A stretch of 54,298 bases of DNA from Hydrurus foetidus. Taxonomy: Eukaryota. The DNA lies in the NCBI GenBank assembly GCA_900617105.1, contig UYFQ01000148.1:1-54298 (forward strand), in the 5' to 3' direction. This document shows, piece after piece, positions 23,301 to 35,099 of the stretch. The position numbers and the translations under genes were made by a program. Position 1 is the first letter of the stretch. Each line of letters opens with the position of its first letter. Below the pieces are notes generated by a model. The model did not search any database. It was not told the DNA's origin and saw only the letters and a list, made by a program, of their open reading frames with translations.

Positions 23301-26300
23301 GAGTCGTAGCCCTCTCTTCCCATTACTTCGTTGTCCGCCTCACCTTGTACACCTTCCTGCTTTTTGATGTTCTCCGTAACTTTACTTGCAGGGACGCTGC
23401 GGCGGTGACGGTGAAAGTTGCTCTTCGATATATTTTCATATTTCTCGTCTGTTCAAAACGAGGAAACGTGATGATTCAGGTAGGTCTCAAAATTAATCTA
23501 AATGAATTCTCGTAAAAGAAAAGTGGTGAGATAATTCACTACTCACAGTACCTGGGTTTGCAGTGCGCGACCTAGCTCTGGCGACCAAGTGAGGCTGACG
23601 TATCCACGTCACCCACTCCGGCAGAGTTTGTTCCACCGAGTTGCTGCTGCTGCTGCTGCTGCTATCAAGTGCAGGGGTGCATCTGTCTACGTCGCTCTTA
23701 CCGCAACTACTGCTGCTGCCAGTGGCTTCGCCTGCTACAGACAAGAGAAGAGAATCCTTCCTACCAGCGGATTGATGGACTGCTTCACGATCATGGGGGC
23801 TGTGTGGCGCACTGTCCTCTCTCCACTTAGAGGCTGCAAGGATCGTCTGCGGTCTGTGGGATTTCTTGGATGAAGAGCTTTCGGGGACATCCACTATGCC
23901 CTCTGTTTTGCGCTTCCTTTCAATGTTGGAGGGAAATTCGAGAGCTGTCAAGACGTCTCGCCTCTCTTCTTCCCCCGTCCTGATGAGACCCTCCCCCACT
24001 ACCACTCCTTGACTAGCATTCTCAGTGCGAGAGAGGAACGCAGGGACAGGGACGGGTGATGGGACAGGGACCAAGAGGTTGCTGAGTCGCTTGCAGAGGG
24101 GGCAGTCGAAGTGTCCCCTGTCCGTGTCGAGCATCATGTCCGTATGCGACTTGTCCCGACCCAGCATGGATGCGTAGTACGAGTCGAAACAGCTGTAGTG
24201 CATCGCTGATAGCGTATACGGACAGAATAAATGTCATTTCAGGCAGTAACGCCGATATTGCGTAGGATACGTGAGGAAAATTCGTCACACATAGCTGTAC
24301 AAAAAAACTCTTCGCACACACACACGCAGGACTCACCATGGCCACAGAAGGACAGGTGTATCTCGCCATCATCGCCATTGCAGCTTTCGAAGTCTAGTGC
24401 CAGTCGGATTGCGGGAGGTCTCGATGGTGACTCGCGCATCGTAGCGTGGGAGCACTGCGAGAAAGCCAGCAAACCGATTTTAGGAGCCTGGCGGCATACT
24501 CCTTTCCCCTGGCAGGGTTCTTCCTCCTCCGCCTGACACACTATGCACACAGTCTTGTTGATCTTCTCGTCTAGAATAGCGCCTTTATCATCGAAGCCCA
24601 TTGCAGTGAGTGACGCGTCTCCACCGATATCATGTAGCCTGACACCGTCACCAACTTGCTCAATATCCTCCTTCCTCCCGTTAATGTTTCCGCTCTCCCA
24701 CTCTGGATCAGCCAGAACGTCATTTCCTTTTTCCTTCTTGTTGGTGTTCTCCTCGTCAGTTATGTGTGCGGTGAACTTGCTCGCTGATGCTTTCATGGCC
24801 TTCATCGCCCTCTCCCTTGCCTTCCTCTTCTTCTCCTCCATGGACACCTCTCGTGACTCCCCTTTATCGAGTCTGCGGGACTGAGAGTAGGATTTGCAAT
24901 AAGGATTGAGGTTCTCGCATCTCAGGAGGATCCATGAGAGCGCACTCTTCTGCACATGTTCGTGGGTCGGGTCAAGCACTTCTTCCAAATCGCTCAAAGC
25001 GCTGCAATTGAAGTAAAAGTGTAAGAGGAGAAGTTGGAGGTTGACAAGGTTGAGGCCAAAGGGGATATCCTAGAGACGACATATTACAGGGCAGTGCCAG
25101 GCAGTGTTCGAAATATCAGCAGCTATGTCTTGGGATAGGTACCATAGAAAGTGAGGCAGAGCAGCAGACGAGGTGGAATCTCTGGTGGTATACGTCACAC
25201 GTGAGCCAGGCTCTTGCAGGAGGAAGGTAGCTAGGGTGGATGTCACATCTGCTGGAGGGCCACTCGATGTATCGAGAAGGCTGCTCACTCTCTCATCATT
25301 GCTCTTCCCTGCACTTGATTTCTTCAGCACAGTGGCTTGGTCTTGGTCCACGAGATGCAGTGCGATGGTCAGCAGGTGCAGTGCCCTGTTGAGAAGGACC
25401 CCTCCACAGTCGAGGTCCCAGGAGCGCACAGCGGCATAGGAGCTGTGTGGGGTCCTCGCAGCAGTGGCACACAGCACGAGGTTCCTCAGCGAGTGCAGTA
25501 GCAAGGGTTCGAACACCATCTGGACCCTCAAGGACGAGAAGGCAGTGTGGCTCATCTGTGGAGGGGGACAGAAGGGTGTGGGTGTGGTGTTCTTCGGCCT
25601 GTCTTCGGCTGCATTCTGATGCATGCGGCGAGTAACATGAGGAGCTGACGGGTCGTAGTGCTTCCACATTTCTTTTTTCAGAACAAAAAATGGTGGCTCC
25701 AGAGCAGAGCTTTTCTTCTTATCTGCAATTTCGTTGACAACTTGTTCTAGCACGACTGGACCTATTTTGGTGAATTCTAATCCGCAGTAGCTAACGTGCT
25801 CGTGCATTTGAGAAAAAGTTGAATGATTCGATTTTTTCCCAGCTAAGAAGTGAATGAGTTCTCGTTTGACAGAGACTATTGCCTGACTCACGGTATCTGA
25901 CGATGGGGGAGGGGGTATTTCCGTGATGATATTGATGAGGAGCAGCAGAGCCTCGTCTGCTAGGGCCGGCAAGAAGGCGATGTCATCGGGAACGCAGTCA
26001 TGAGTGGAGGGCGGAGAGTCAGACAGGAAGGGATGCACGTCGCGGATGTCCTCCTCACCCATGCTGTCTGTGGAGTCGTCAGTGAGTCCTTGCTGCGCTA
26101 TCTCCCTCTCCCTCTCTCCATCCCCTGAGCTTCTTCGCGAGTCCGCATCGCACCAGTGGGCTAGGTAACCCCTTACACCGTACCTCTCAAACACGTGGCA
26201 CACCAGCTTATTCGCACCGTAATTCGATCCGCAGAACTGTATGAGCAGGACGTCCAGGTCTTTCAACACCTTGCAGTACGGCACTTCCATGTAATTAGGC

Positions 26301-29300
26301 AGTTGATCCCTCACAGCCGCACCATTTTTGCGCCACAAACCAGCACGAATCTGTGCGCCTAAAAGCGAGGATCGGATCGGATAGTCAATCAACGCTGCCA
26401 ACTGGTGGGATGAGCCTAGCTTGCGAACAATAATCTCCCTGCTACCAACTAAATCGTTGCTGTTGCTGCTGCTGCTGCTGCCACTGTGTGGAGTGTCATC
26501 AAGGGCGCTATCAGCGTCTGCTATCAGTCGAAGAAAGTTCCTCTGGATGGCGAGCAGAGCGTCTGTGTGTGCGGGGTACTTGCAGGCCTCGCTGATGATG
26601 CTCGAGAGGAACCTATGCAGCGGCAGGTGGAAGCTGAAGGCTGCTGGCAAAGTTGGAAGACATAGAGTGGGGACTAGCGATGTGATGCGTTGGTCTATTC
26701 GCTGTTGAGGGTCGGATAGCATGTCTTCTCGTGAAACATGGCGTGCTTGCCACGCTAGCACTCCGTTTAGAGCAGAGTGCAGCACTGCTGTCATGGACGG
26801 CAAGCTGTTCTCCTCCCAGGTCCCTAACTCATGGAGACCTTGTTTGACAGATGTCCCGCTTACTGTGCCTGATGCTGCAGAGATGTTTTGACCTGAATCA
26901 GCAGCATCCATTACGTTGCAGCTCTTGCAGAAGCTACCGCTGCTGTATATGTGTGCGGCAGCGTTACCATCCGGCTGCATTGCAGTGAGGGACCCATCGT
27001 TGCCCTCAGGTAAGAGTGAGTGCGTTGTAGAGGACGGATCGTCTAACCAGTTGTTCAGCCAGTCAAATAGGTTACCGATGCACAGGTATAAATTGAAAGC
27101 TGTCATCCACTCGACACTGTCGTACATGACGTGTTGCTGAGTTTCTCGACATTGCGGGTGCATGTACTGGAAGCGGTCCAGAATGCGCATGAAGATGGGC
27201 ATCGTGCTTGCTAGGAATCTGCGGGACATGCCGGGGATGGCGAATATCACCTGACGTACATGTACGTGAATCAACATGAGGATGGGAATGGGAATAGATA
27301 TTGCAGGATTAAAGACGCAACTATAACACATGGGAGTAGGGGTCATGAACAGGTACTGCAGGCACAGGTACAGGCATAAATGCTGCGGGGCAAAAGAGCA
27401 GAGGATGGAGTCTTGTGTGCTTCAGGACATCACGCAATACCGCCTGATGAATTCACACTCACTCTCTCTCTCACCTTGAGGTCAGCGAACATGGGGTTGT
27501 ATCTGCGGTGGGTGAGCACCGGATGGTCCAGCAGTCGGGTGGTGCTCTTCGGGCTCTCCTGACTTCTGTATGGTGCCTCATCGCTAGCCGTTCCGTGGCC
27601 TTCGCATGCAGTGGCCAACATGTTTTCTATCGACTTGCAAGCGTTCACGAAAAAGTTGTGGAAGTCGACTATCTCGAGAACGAGGAAGTCGCGGTTGAGA
27701 AATTGCACTGATAGAGAAAAAATGGAATTCTCCGTGGTGCCGTGTCCCAGTCCGTACGTCTTCGTGAAGTGCACATATCCCTCAGCGTAAGCAATGGCGA
27801 GGTTTTTCTTGAACATTTTGTCGGCCATCTGGGAGAGGAAGAGGTTGTGCAGAGGACCAGAGATGGCTTTGGGTAGGTGGTGGAACACTTTCAGTATCCT
27901 GAGTAAGATGCCCACAGAGAGGCTGAGAGATACCATGCGGCACTGTGATTGAGGGAGATGACGGAGTTACATCGTGAAAGCAGTGATTAGAAGTGGAGGT
28001 ACTGAGAGACACCATCTCTGTGTATTCAGGGGGAGTGGAGGGGAGGAATCATCAGGTATCACGAAGCCCATGGATGTCAGGAGGTGAGGAGTATAGGACG
28101 CAAGGTTCTCTCACCATGCCATCGTTGATCTGCGAGAAGTCTGTGAGCCAAGAGAGGGCGATTCTGGCTCTGTCTTCTCTGTTCAGCATGGACTGGCTCA
28201 TGATGCCCACCTTCAGTCCCATGTCTTTTAAGGCTCCTGCAGCTCTCTGCAGCAGCAGAAAACGAGTCATCGCGGGAGTGAGCCTCCTCTTAACTCTCTC
28301 GGTCAGTCGGATGGTCATCCTGTTGCCTGCACTGACGATGGACTGAGGCAGGAGGCTTCGATTCATGATCGGAAGGAAATTGCTAGATCCGATGGTGACG
28401 GTCTCTGCCCTTATCCTGCTGGCCTCCTCTACAGACACGCCGATGGAGAGGAGATCCACGATGATCTTGTCAGAGGTGCTGATGTCATCGTTATGCAGAC
28501 ACAGCACGTCTCCTTCGCTGTCAGATGTCCCGGCAGCAGTGGCGCTGTCCTCATCGTGACTGTCGCTGAAGTCCTCGCTGTTCAGGCCCACGTCAGCTCC
28601 ATCGCCATCACTGTGGCTGATGTCGAGGAGCGCTGCAGCTGTGGTGAGGCTGAAAAAAGGTGCTGCGATAGGGTGTGCTGCAGGCTCCCCTCCCCCTTTC
28701 TCTTTCTCTCCCTCCCGTTTGAGAGTATGAGATTCTGCGAAGCGGTCGAAGAAGTCGATGGAGTCGAAGTCGAAGCAGGCCTTCCTCTCTTCGCAGAACA
28801 AGGCCATCTCATCTGACAAAACACCGAGGATCTGAGTGCCAACAGTTTTGATGTCCGGTGCCACGTGTTCGAGCGGGTCAGCGATGGCCTTACCGTGCTT
28901 GCTGCAGAATCCCTCAGGGGACCACGCGTTCACATCTCCGCAGTCACTATAGGAATCATGACATGTGGAGAGATGTTTGAAGATTATACCCATAGAAGTG
29001 AGACTCCGCATGTGTGAAGAGCATTGGAAGAGTGTACAGGTAGAGTGACATGCTACAAAAATGCTGATCAGCTTATTAAATAATCGCGATTAATTTGTAT
29101 CGTGAATGACAGCGTGAAAGTTGGCAGATCGTCCATTAAGAAGTTGATGCGTTGCACTGACATGCTTGAGTAAGTGTGAGACACTTACCAGCATCCCCCC
29201 ACCTGGGAGTGGTAGAAGTACACGTCGTGGCCCGTGTGGTCCGACCCCTGGAAGCACACGTTGCACAGCACGCAGGTCTCGTCTGCCTGGCAGTCTCTAC

Positions 29301-29974
29301 AGGTCCACACAATATCGTTCCTGATTTCGCAGATATTGGCAGTGAGTGCAAGGAAGCTGAGTGGGTTAAATATTCCAAGATAACCGACTGCAATTTGTGA
29401 GAATGACCTCAAGCACAGATTATTACTTGTGAACATAAAAGCATGCGGAAAGCGTCTCAGAAAGCGCACACCAGCAATTTGGTATGAATACTACATAAAA
29501 GTTTGATGACATTCAAACAGGAAGTACTGAGTTCACTATATATTTGGATGTTGATCCTGCACAAATCTGAGCAGTTGAAAAAATCATAAAATTGGAGAAC
29601 CAGTTGTGAACATCTCCTCTTCCTTATCCCAAATAAAAATTTGCCGCATCGCTCGCTGCAATCGCTCACAAAACTGTAATTGCTTTCTCTAAGTGATTCA
29701 GGAACTACCTTTTAAACTGGTACTGACAAACTTGACGATTTCCTTGGCTGTGCAGCTCATCGAAGAAAAGCGCCGGATCTTTGATATCTTCCTCCCTCCC
29801 CCCAGATATACCGAGAAGAAGAAGTTTGATGAGAAAGTTCTCATCAGCAGCATTTTTTAGCAGGAGGAGATCAGAACATCTCATATAGCTCTGTACTTCA
29901 GCAACTACAGCATTCAGAGCAGGAATTTTAGTAGAGTCTGCCAGCACTGACTGATTTGAAAACGAATTACTCAT
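20312..29974 (-). CDS. UBR1: UBR1/UBR2/PRT6-type E3 ubiquitin ligase (N-recognin), multi-exon
   Basis: UBR box VCQYQFKR|NDIVWTCRDCQADETCVLCNVCF...H..H...GGC|CDCGD...FCSKH; AGLWRKNG; RING-H2 CIVC...CGHAMHYSC...FDCPLCK; C-terminal ALCLICG...FLLQ|DCTVLL...PTPYVDDYGE...RGKPLHL...LWASH in last exon 20536-20312. Confidence 0.92.
22732..22771. repeat. (CAACT)n pentanucleotide microsatellite in a UBR1 intron
   Basis: ctcaactcaactcaa..., about 8 units. Confidence 0.9.
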
Positions 29975-31352
29975 AATATTTCACAATCGGCGAACGTTGG
30001 CTTGGGATAGTCTCCTCCGGTAATTTCAGATTAAATATTAAGAGGAGTTCTGGTCACTTGATTCTGCAGGATACCTACGTTCATGTTGTTTCACACATTT
30101 GGCTTCTGTGTATTTTCAAGTGCAATCGAAATGACGTTGCTTATACTGAGTTTTTCTCTTCTGTGGAAAGTCCTAGAAAAGTGAGGTGCTAGATGGGGTT
30201 GTGCTGCTACTGACGGTCGGGAGTTTGAACCTCCAATTTTCACCCGTCACATTTGGAATTTGAAATGCATTGTTGGGATACACTTTGGAGATACTCGTCA
30301 CAGAGAACGTGATGATCACCCGAATACTAGCCTTCTTCACCTTCAACTGAGATCTCTGCACTACTGCAGATCATCTCAATCTCGGCATCGATAATCGATA
30401 GTGATCTCCGATCTGGGATCATCTTTGTCGAAGATCATTCCTTTTTAAGCGGACAGCGGCTACTTGAGTTTTGAAATGAGCAAGATGATGTCTGTGTAGG
30501 ACATATCCCTTGTAAACAAAATTCATTTTTGGGATCTAACTGGCGAGTAAAAGCTACTAACTTGAAGTAATAGACGAATTTAATCGAACTCTATCCCATT
30601 TCCTGGTTTTGCTTGTAGGGATGGAACGGCAGCTGTCATTTCACATTGCTGACAGTGGGGTATGTTACAGTAGCCTTTGACATCAATCCTGTTAAAGATT
30701 GAATTTTTTTGTAGGCGCACTTCAAAAGATCCATGATGCTTCCAATGACCGCAAAGAGGGCAATTTTTCATAGATCTTTCTGCTACCATACCGTTGGGAG
30801 GTCTTTCTTACCCGACACTTTCTGCACCTTCTGCGCAGTCCTCGAAAGATGCTTCGATGGGCTTGTTACGGAACCGCCGGAGTTCAGTTGCATTCTCTAC
30901 TGTGTTGTAAGTAACATAGGTTTGGAGATGCGAGGAGAAATAAAGGTTTAAGGTCCTTGGAAAAAACCGTGGAATGTCGGAGATTGGCATGGCCAATGGC
31001 CGACATACACCATATTATAGATATATTATACACTTGAAGACGTCTCGCTGGGCGCGGGCCCGTGGCCGGGCCCGATGAGACGGAATCTACCTTCAAAGAT
31101 TCAGCCAAAAAATATAAGAATTTCAGTGGCTGAGAGGTATCTGCGTTTATCTTTATCTAAACGCTGTTTATCGGTGTTTATCATCAGTCCAACGCTGTCA
31201 TCGTCAGAGTCCCACGTCCCGTCCCCTGACATCTCCCCCTCCGCAGCCGTCCCTTTGGGGAACGGCACCGGTCAGCGGCCCTTGCTCCCAGCCGCTCCAG
31301 AGAACCCATGCTACGAGCGGTAACCACTAACAGCGAACCTATACGAAAATTT

Positions 31353-32430
31353 TAGGGCTGGTGTCCAAGTCCGACTTTGTTGCACATTGTGCGACTGTGC
31401 GACCATACGGTGCGACCATGCTGTCGCACAGTCGCACAGTCGCACAAAAGTCGCACAGTCGCACAAAACTCGCACATTTTATCAATTTGAAGACTTTCCT
31501 GGACGATTCACTTCCTCAAACTTTCAGGAATATAGTATGTGCTAAACATGCCTTATTCACAGCTTTTTGATATAATGCAGCGACACTAGCCCTATAATAC
31601 CTAGCCCTCGGAATACCTTATTGGCTGCTGCATTTGATCCTCGTACCAAATCTCTACAGGGATTTGGGATCATGGATAAAACCAAGATTTGGTATGAGAT
31701 AAAGAGAATGATGACATCGATTGCAATTGAAAGGAGCGGGGATGTTGTTGAAGTTGTAGTGCCACTTGCAGTAGTAGATCCGGATGATATATTCTTCGGC
31801 ATTGGTGATAACACTGACAATTCTGTTGATGATAACCCCAACGATGCTGATATAAGGATAAACACAGAATTGGACATTTACAGAAATATGAAGGGATTGA
31901 GTGCCAAGCTATCTGGGGATGTCTTTTCCGATCCACTAAGTTGGTGGCAAATCCACGAGAAAACGTTGCCTTATCTTAGTACCCTAGCGCGCAGGCTTCT
32001 GTGCATACCTGCGACTTCAGCACCATCTGAGCGAGTATTTTTCGTTGCTGGACAAACTATATCCAAATGTCGTACATCTGTACAACCACAGCATGCTTCC
32101 GACCTCATCTTTCTTCATGACAGCTCGAAACTAGCCGAGGAATGTGAGGCAGAGCACAAGAGAAAATTATGATTCCACATCGCTTTTTATCACACATATA
32201 ACATTTAATATTTTTGCCCAAAACTTCTCAATTTTCTATCTATTATACTAAATAATCACACTTTACCATTTTTGAGCCATTTCCGTGTTTTTGAGAGACA
32301 ATGTTCGACTTTCTTGTGCGACTTATAAAATAGCGCTTTTGTGCGACTTTGTCGCACAGTGCGACCGACTCTTTCCTGTCTGTGCGACTGTGCGGTGCGA
32401 CTCTAATTTTTAAGTCGCACACCAGCCCTA
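31353..32430 (+). mobile_element. hAT transposon internal-deletion derivative
   Basis: TIR TAGGGCTGGTGT/ACACCAGCCCTA; 8-bp TSD GAAAATTT (31345-31352 and 32431-32438); many subterminal GTCGCACA/TGTGCGAC motifs. Confidence 0.95.
31621..32172 (+). pseudogene. hAT transposase C-terminal dimerisation-domain fragment
   Basis: AAFDPRTK...DPLSWWQ...LPYLSTLARRLLCIPATSAPSERVF. Confidence 0.9.
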
Positions 32431-33408
32431 GAAAATTTCTAGATACCGATCGATCACGCAACTCCTGGAATTTTTGTGAGCGAGACTTTGGGTCATCACG
32501 CAACTATGATGCTACTTCCTTTTTTATATTAGGTGACGGGTGGGGGGGAAGAAGTCTAAAAAGTTGCGTGATCGAAAAGTATTTCCGCACAAGGCCGGTT
32601 TTTGAAAAGCGCGGTTTTGTGCCGGTTTTGCTTTCGTGCCCCACGATTTGGGTGCAGCGAACGGAAAAGCGACCGTACGAAAGCTGATGTTTTCATTTTC
32701 GGTCGCTTTTTAGCCGGTTTTTCGGTCGCTTTTCGTTCGAAAATTCTCGTATAATTTCGCTGTAAGTTTAGTGGTTACCGCTCGGTAGCATGTGCACGTG
32801 AACGGCTATTTGTGCAAGACCCCTCACTCAAGCGTGGAATTTAAGTAAACGGTGAAAACGGTGCTTTTTAACAAAATCTTCTGTCTACCACCCTCTGTTG
32901 CTACCCTCTGCTACCTACTGCTACCCTCTCCAATCTTCTTCTACCTACCGCTAACTACTGCTGCTGTTGCAAGAGTAGCTACAGCTGCTGCTTCTGCTGT
33001 CGTCTCTCTCCATAGCTGGGTAGCTATAGAGAGTTGTTGTCGCATATTGAAATCGTGCAGTGCACTTTGCTTGCGATGGCATCAATCACGACATTCATCG
33101 AGTGCTATATTGCTCTCCAGCAGAATCGCATGCAACCCCATCTGATTACTCTCATAACATCTAAAGGAAGAATAACGATTTCTCTCAACATTATTCTTTC
33201 CTTTGGTAACATCACCGATGTTAATCTGCTCCTAGAGTATGAAAGGCTGTTGAAATCAAAAAACAACTTTGTATTTACATCTCTTATATCACTAATCTGG
33301 GATAAGACTCCCAGAGGTGTTAAACTGAGGTTGAACTTCGACTTAGATGTGTCAGAGATCCGTTTTCGTCAGCTTCTTGACTACCTAGAGACACCGGCAC
33401 CTCAGATT

Positions 33409-33612
33409 CTAGATAAAGCTGACGAAGGCATCAATGATGAAGCACCTGTTGGTGAAGTTCTAGATGAAGCTGATGACGGCATCAATGATCAACCATCTGT
33501 CGGTGAAGTTCTAAATGAAGCTCATGACGGCATCGACGATGAAGCACCTGTCGGTGAAGTTGTAGATGAAGTTCATGACGGCATCGATGATCAACCACCT
33601 GTCGCTGAAGGA
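33409..33612 (+). repeat. 4 x 51-bp in-frame tandem repeat (17 aa, LDEADDGINDQPSVGEV-like) in an unassigned ORF ending at 33636
   Basis: Units start at 33409, 33460, 33511 and 33562, with alternating DEAP/DQP variants. Confidence 0.85.
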
Positions 33613-34185
33613 AATGTCTCTGTCCCTGAAGGTTGATTCGAGCAACACAACTACAAGCAACCAGAGTTGATTCAATTCAGTCTTTAAAACAGCAGAGCTA
33701 ATTTTGCCAATTTGGCAGAATTGAAGCGGAGGAAACCTCTGAAGTAGTGTCAGCATATCCAGTGCAAAATTATAGCGACAGCAACGGCATATCCATGAAG
33801 ATGAACTCAAAAACTATCAACTAAACTTTTGTATAAGCCAACAGACAGTGAGAGACAACTTCTTTTTTCACGAAGTTTCCAATCGCGATCGAGCTTTGGA
33901 TTGACATTGAACAATGTCTTCGGGAGCATCTCGCCAGAGGAAAACACCTAAGTCGGTGGGTTTCAGTGTTAGTCAAGTTGATCACTTCTGTCTTTCGACG
34001 AGTTTTTGAGATAACTAAGAGCTTGCAACCAAAATAACTTTTGACAACTGGACCTGATAAAGGGAGTGCTCCGGAAACGATTGTGCTACCAACGAGGTCT
34101 GGAGCTCAAGAATTGGCTGATATCTGTCGATAGACAGAAAAGTGATTGTTGATGGAATTCGAAGTCTCTTATATTACCGTGCGAC

Positions 34186-34857
34186 TTACACAAATAGCCG
34201 TTCACGTGCACATGGGTTCTCTGGAGCGGCTGGGAGCAAGGGCCGCTGACCGGTGCCGTTCCCCAAAGGGACGGCTGCGGAGGGGGAGATGTCAGGGGAC
34301 GGGACGTGGGACTCTGATGATGACAGCGTTGGACTGATGTGCAGCGGGGTCGAGTCCCCCTAGCCACTGTAGATTCACACTACTTCTCTCGAATTCATTA
34401 TTTTGCACTTTTTCAAATTATTATTTAGTATTTAGCATGCCTGCTCGTAGTCGATGCTCTACACTGAGAGCGTTGTATCACAACTTTTTGATCAGTCTCA
34501 GTATTCTTAATCTAATGCGTTTTTATTTGCCGTGGCCAACCAATCCTACTATGTATCTAGCGACAGTATAAGATGTTATGTAATGCTATCTGACCACTTG
34601 CGTGCCAGTTAGTGAAGGTAACTCTGACACAGGGTCCGTCCCGGTACCCTAGCTTGGTTCGGCAGTCCGAACAACAGATTGGGTGGACGGGTGAGCTCAA
34701 GTGCGCGAACGCAGCCACTTTGTAAGATAACATTGCATTACATGTACGTTGTGTGTTAGTTGAAGTGTGGACCCAATTTGCAGTGGAGTACCCAGAGGAA
34801 GAGAACACCCCAGGATCATTCCCCCTAAAGGGGCCTATCTCAGACAGCGGAATAGAA
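34186..34857 (+). mobile_element. Solo A-spacer-B module of a related YR-retrotransposon family
   Basis: Starts TTA and has the A stem-loop; TCTGACCACTTGCGTG (34589) matches the spacer at 18015; GTGAAG..TCTGAC..GGTCC, GTAAGATAACA, CCCTAAAGGG and terminal AATAGAA follow in the same order as in B2. Confidence 0.8.
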
Positions 34858-35099
34858 CACACGGTAAATATATTATTCATCCCATCATCTAAACTCTGAC
34901 TTTTGCAGTGGCCTCCGACAGCTACTGTAGAAAAGTGCTTTACGCGGCGAGCATCTTCTGACATATCTGTTCCTCCATGACTCCGCAGCAATGGCAGTGG
35001 CAGTGATGATTTGACTGAGACCTGGGGATATTTTGGAACCGTATTCAAGTTATTTATCAACTGGACATCTTTACAACATTGAAAGCAGACCCGAAAAGA

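Larger units (their letters stand above)
31311..32788. mobile_element. Non-autonomous TIR element flanked by CATG (superfamily unassigned)
   Basis: Imperfect TIRs of about 45 bp, CTAC(C)GAGCGGTAACCACTAA...; CATG on both sides, while the uninterrupted paralog has a single CATG at 34211-34214. Confidence 0.8.
31182..32817 (-). mobile_element. A-repeat remnant of a second YR-retrotransposon family, interrupted by a TIR element
   Basis: 32817-32789 plus 31310-31182 is a near-identical inverted copy of 34186-34339 and shares GGTTCTCTGGAGCGGC..GGAGCAAGG.CCGCTGACCGG with repeat A1. Confidence 0.7.

Noticed and set aside
20900..28850. Many plus-strand ORFs of 60-140 aa
   Set aside because: Antisense shadows of UBR1 exons.
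33409..33612. CRISPR-like array
   Set aside because: Contiguous in-frame tandem units with no unique spacers, in a eukaryotic context with no cas genes.
31182..34339. Single large TIR transposon bounded by the 154-bp inverted repeats
   Set aside because: No TSD at the outer ends; the repeats are homologous to YR A-repeats, and the right copy continues into a B-like end.
34300..34345. CTGATGA (CTGACGA in the 31.2-kb copy) as a hammerhead ribozyme core
   Set aside because: No correctly placed stem II plus GAAA and NUH cleavage site.
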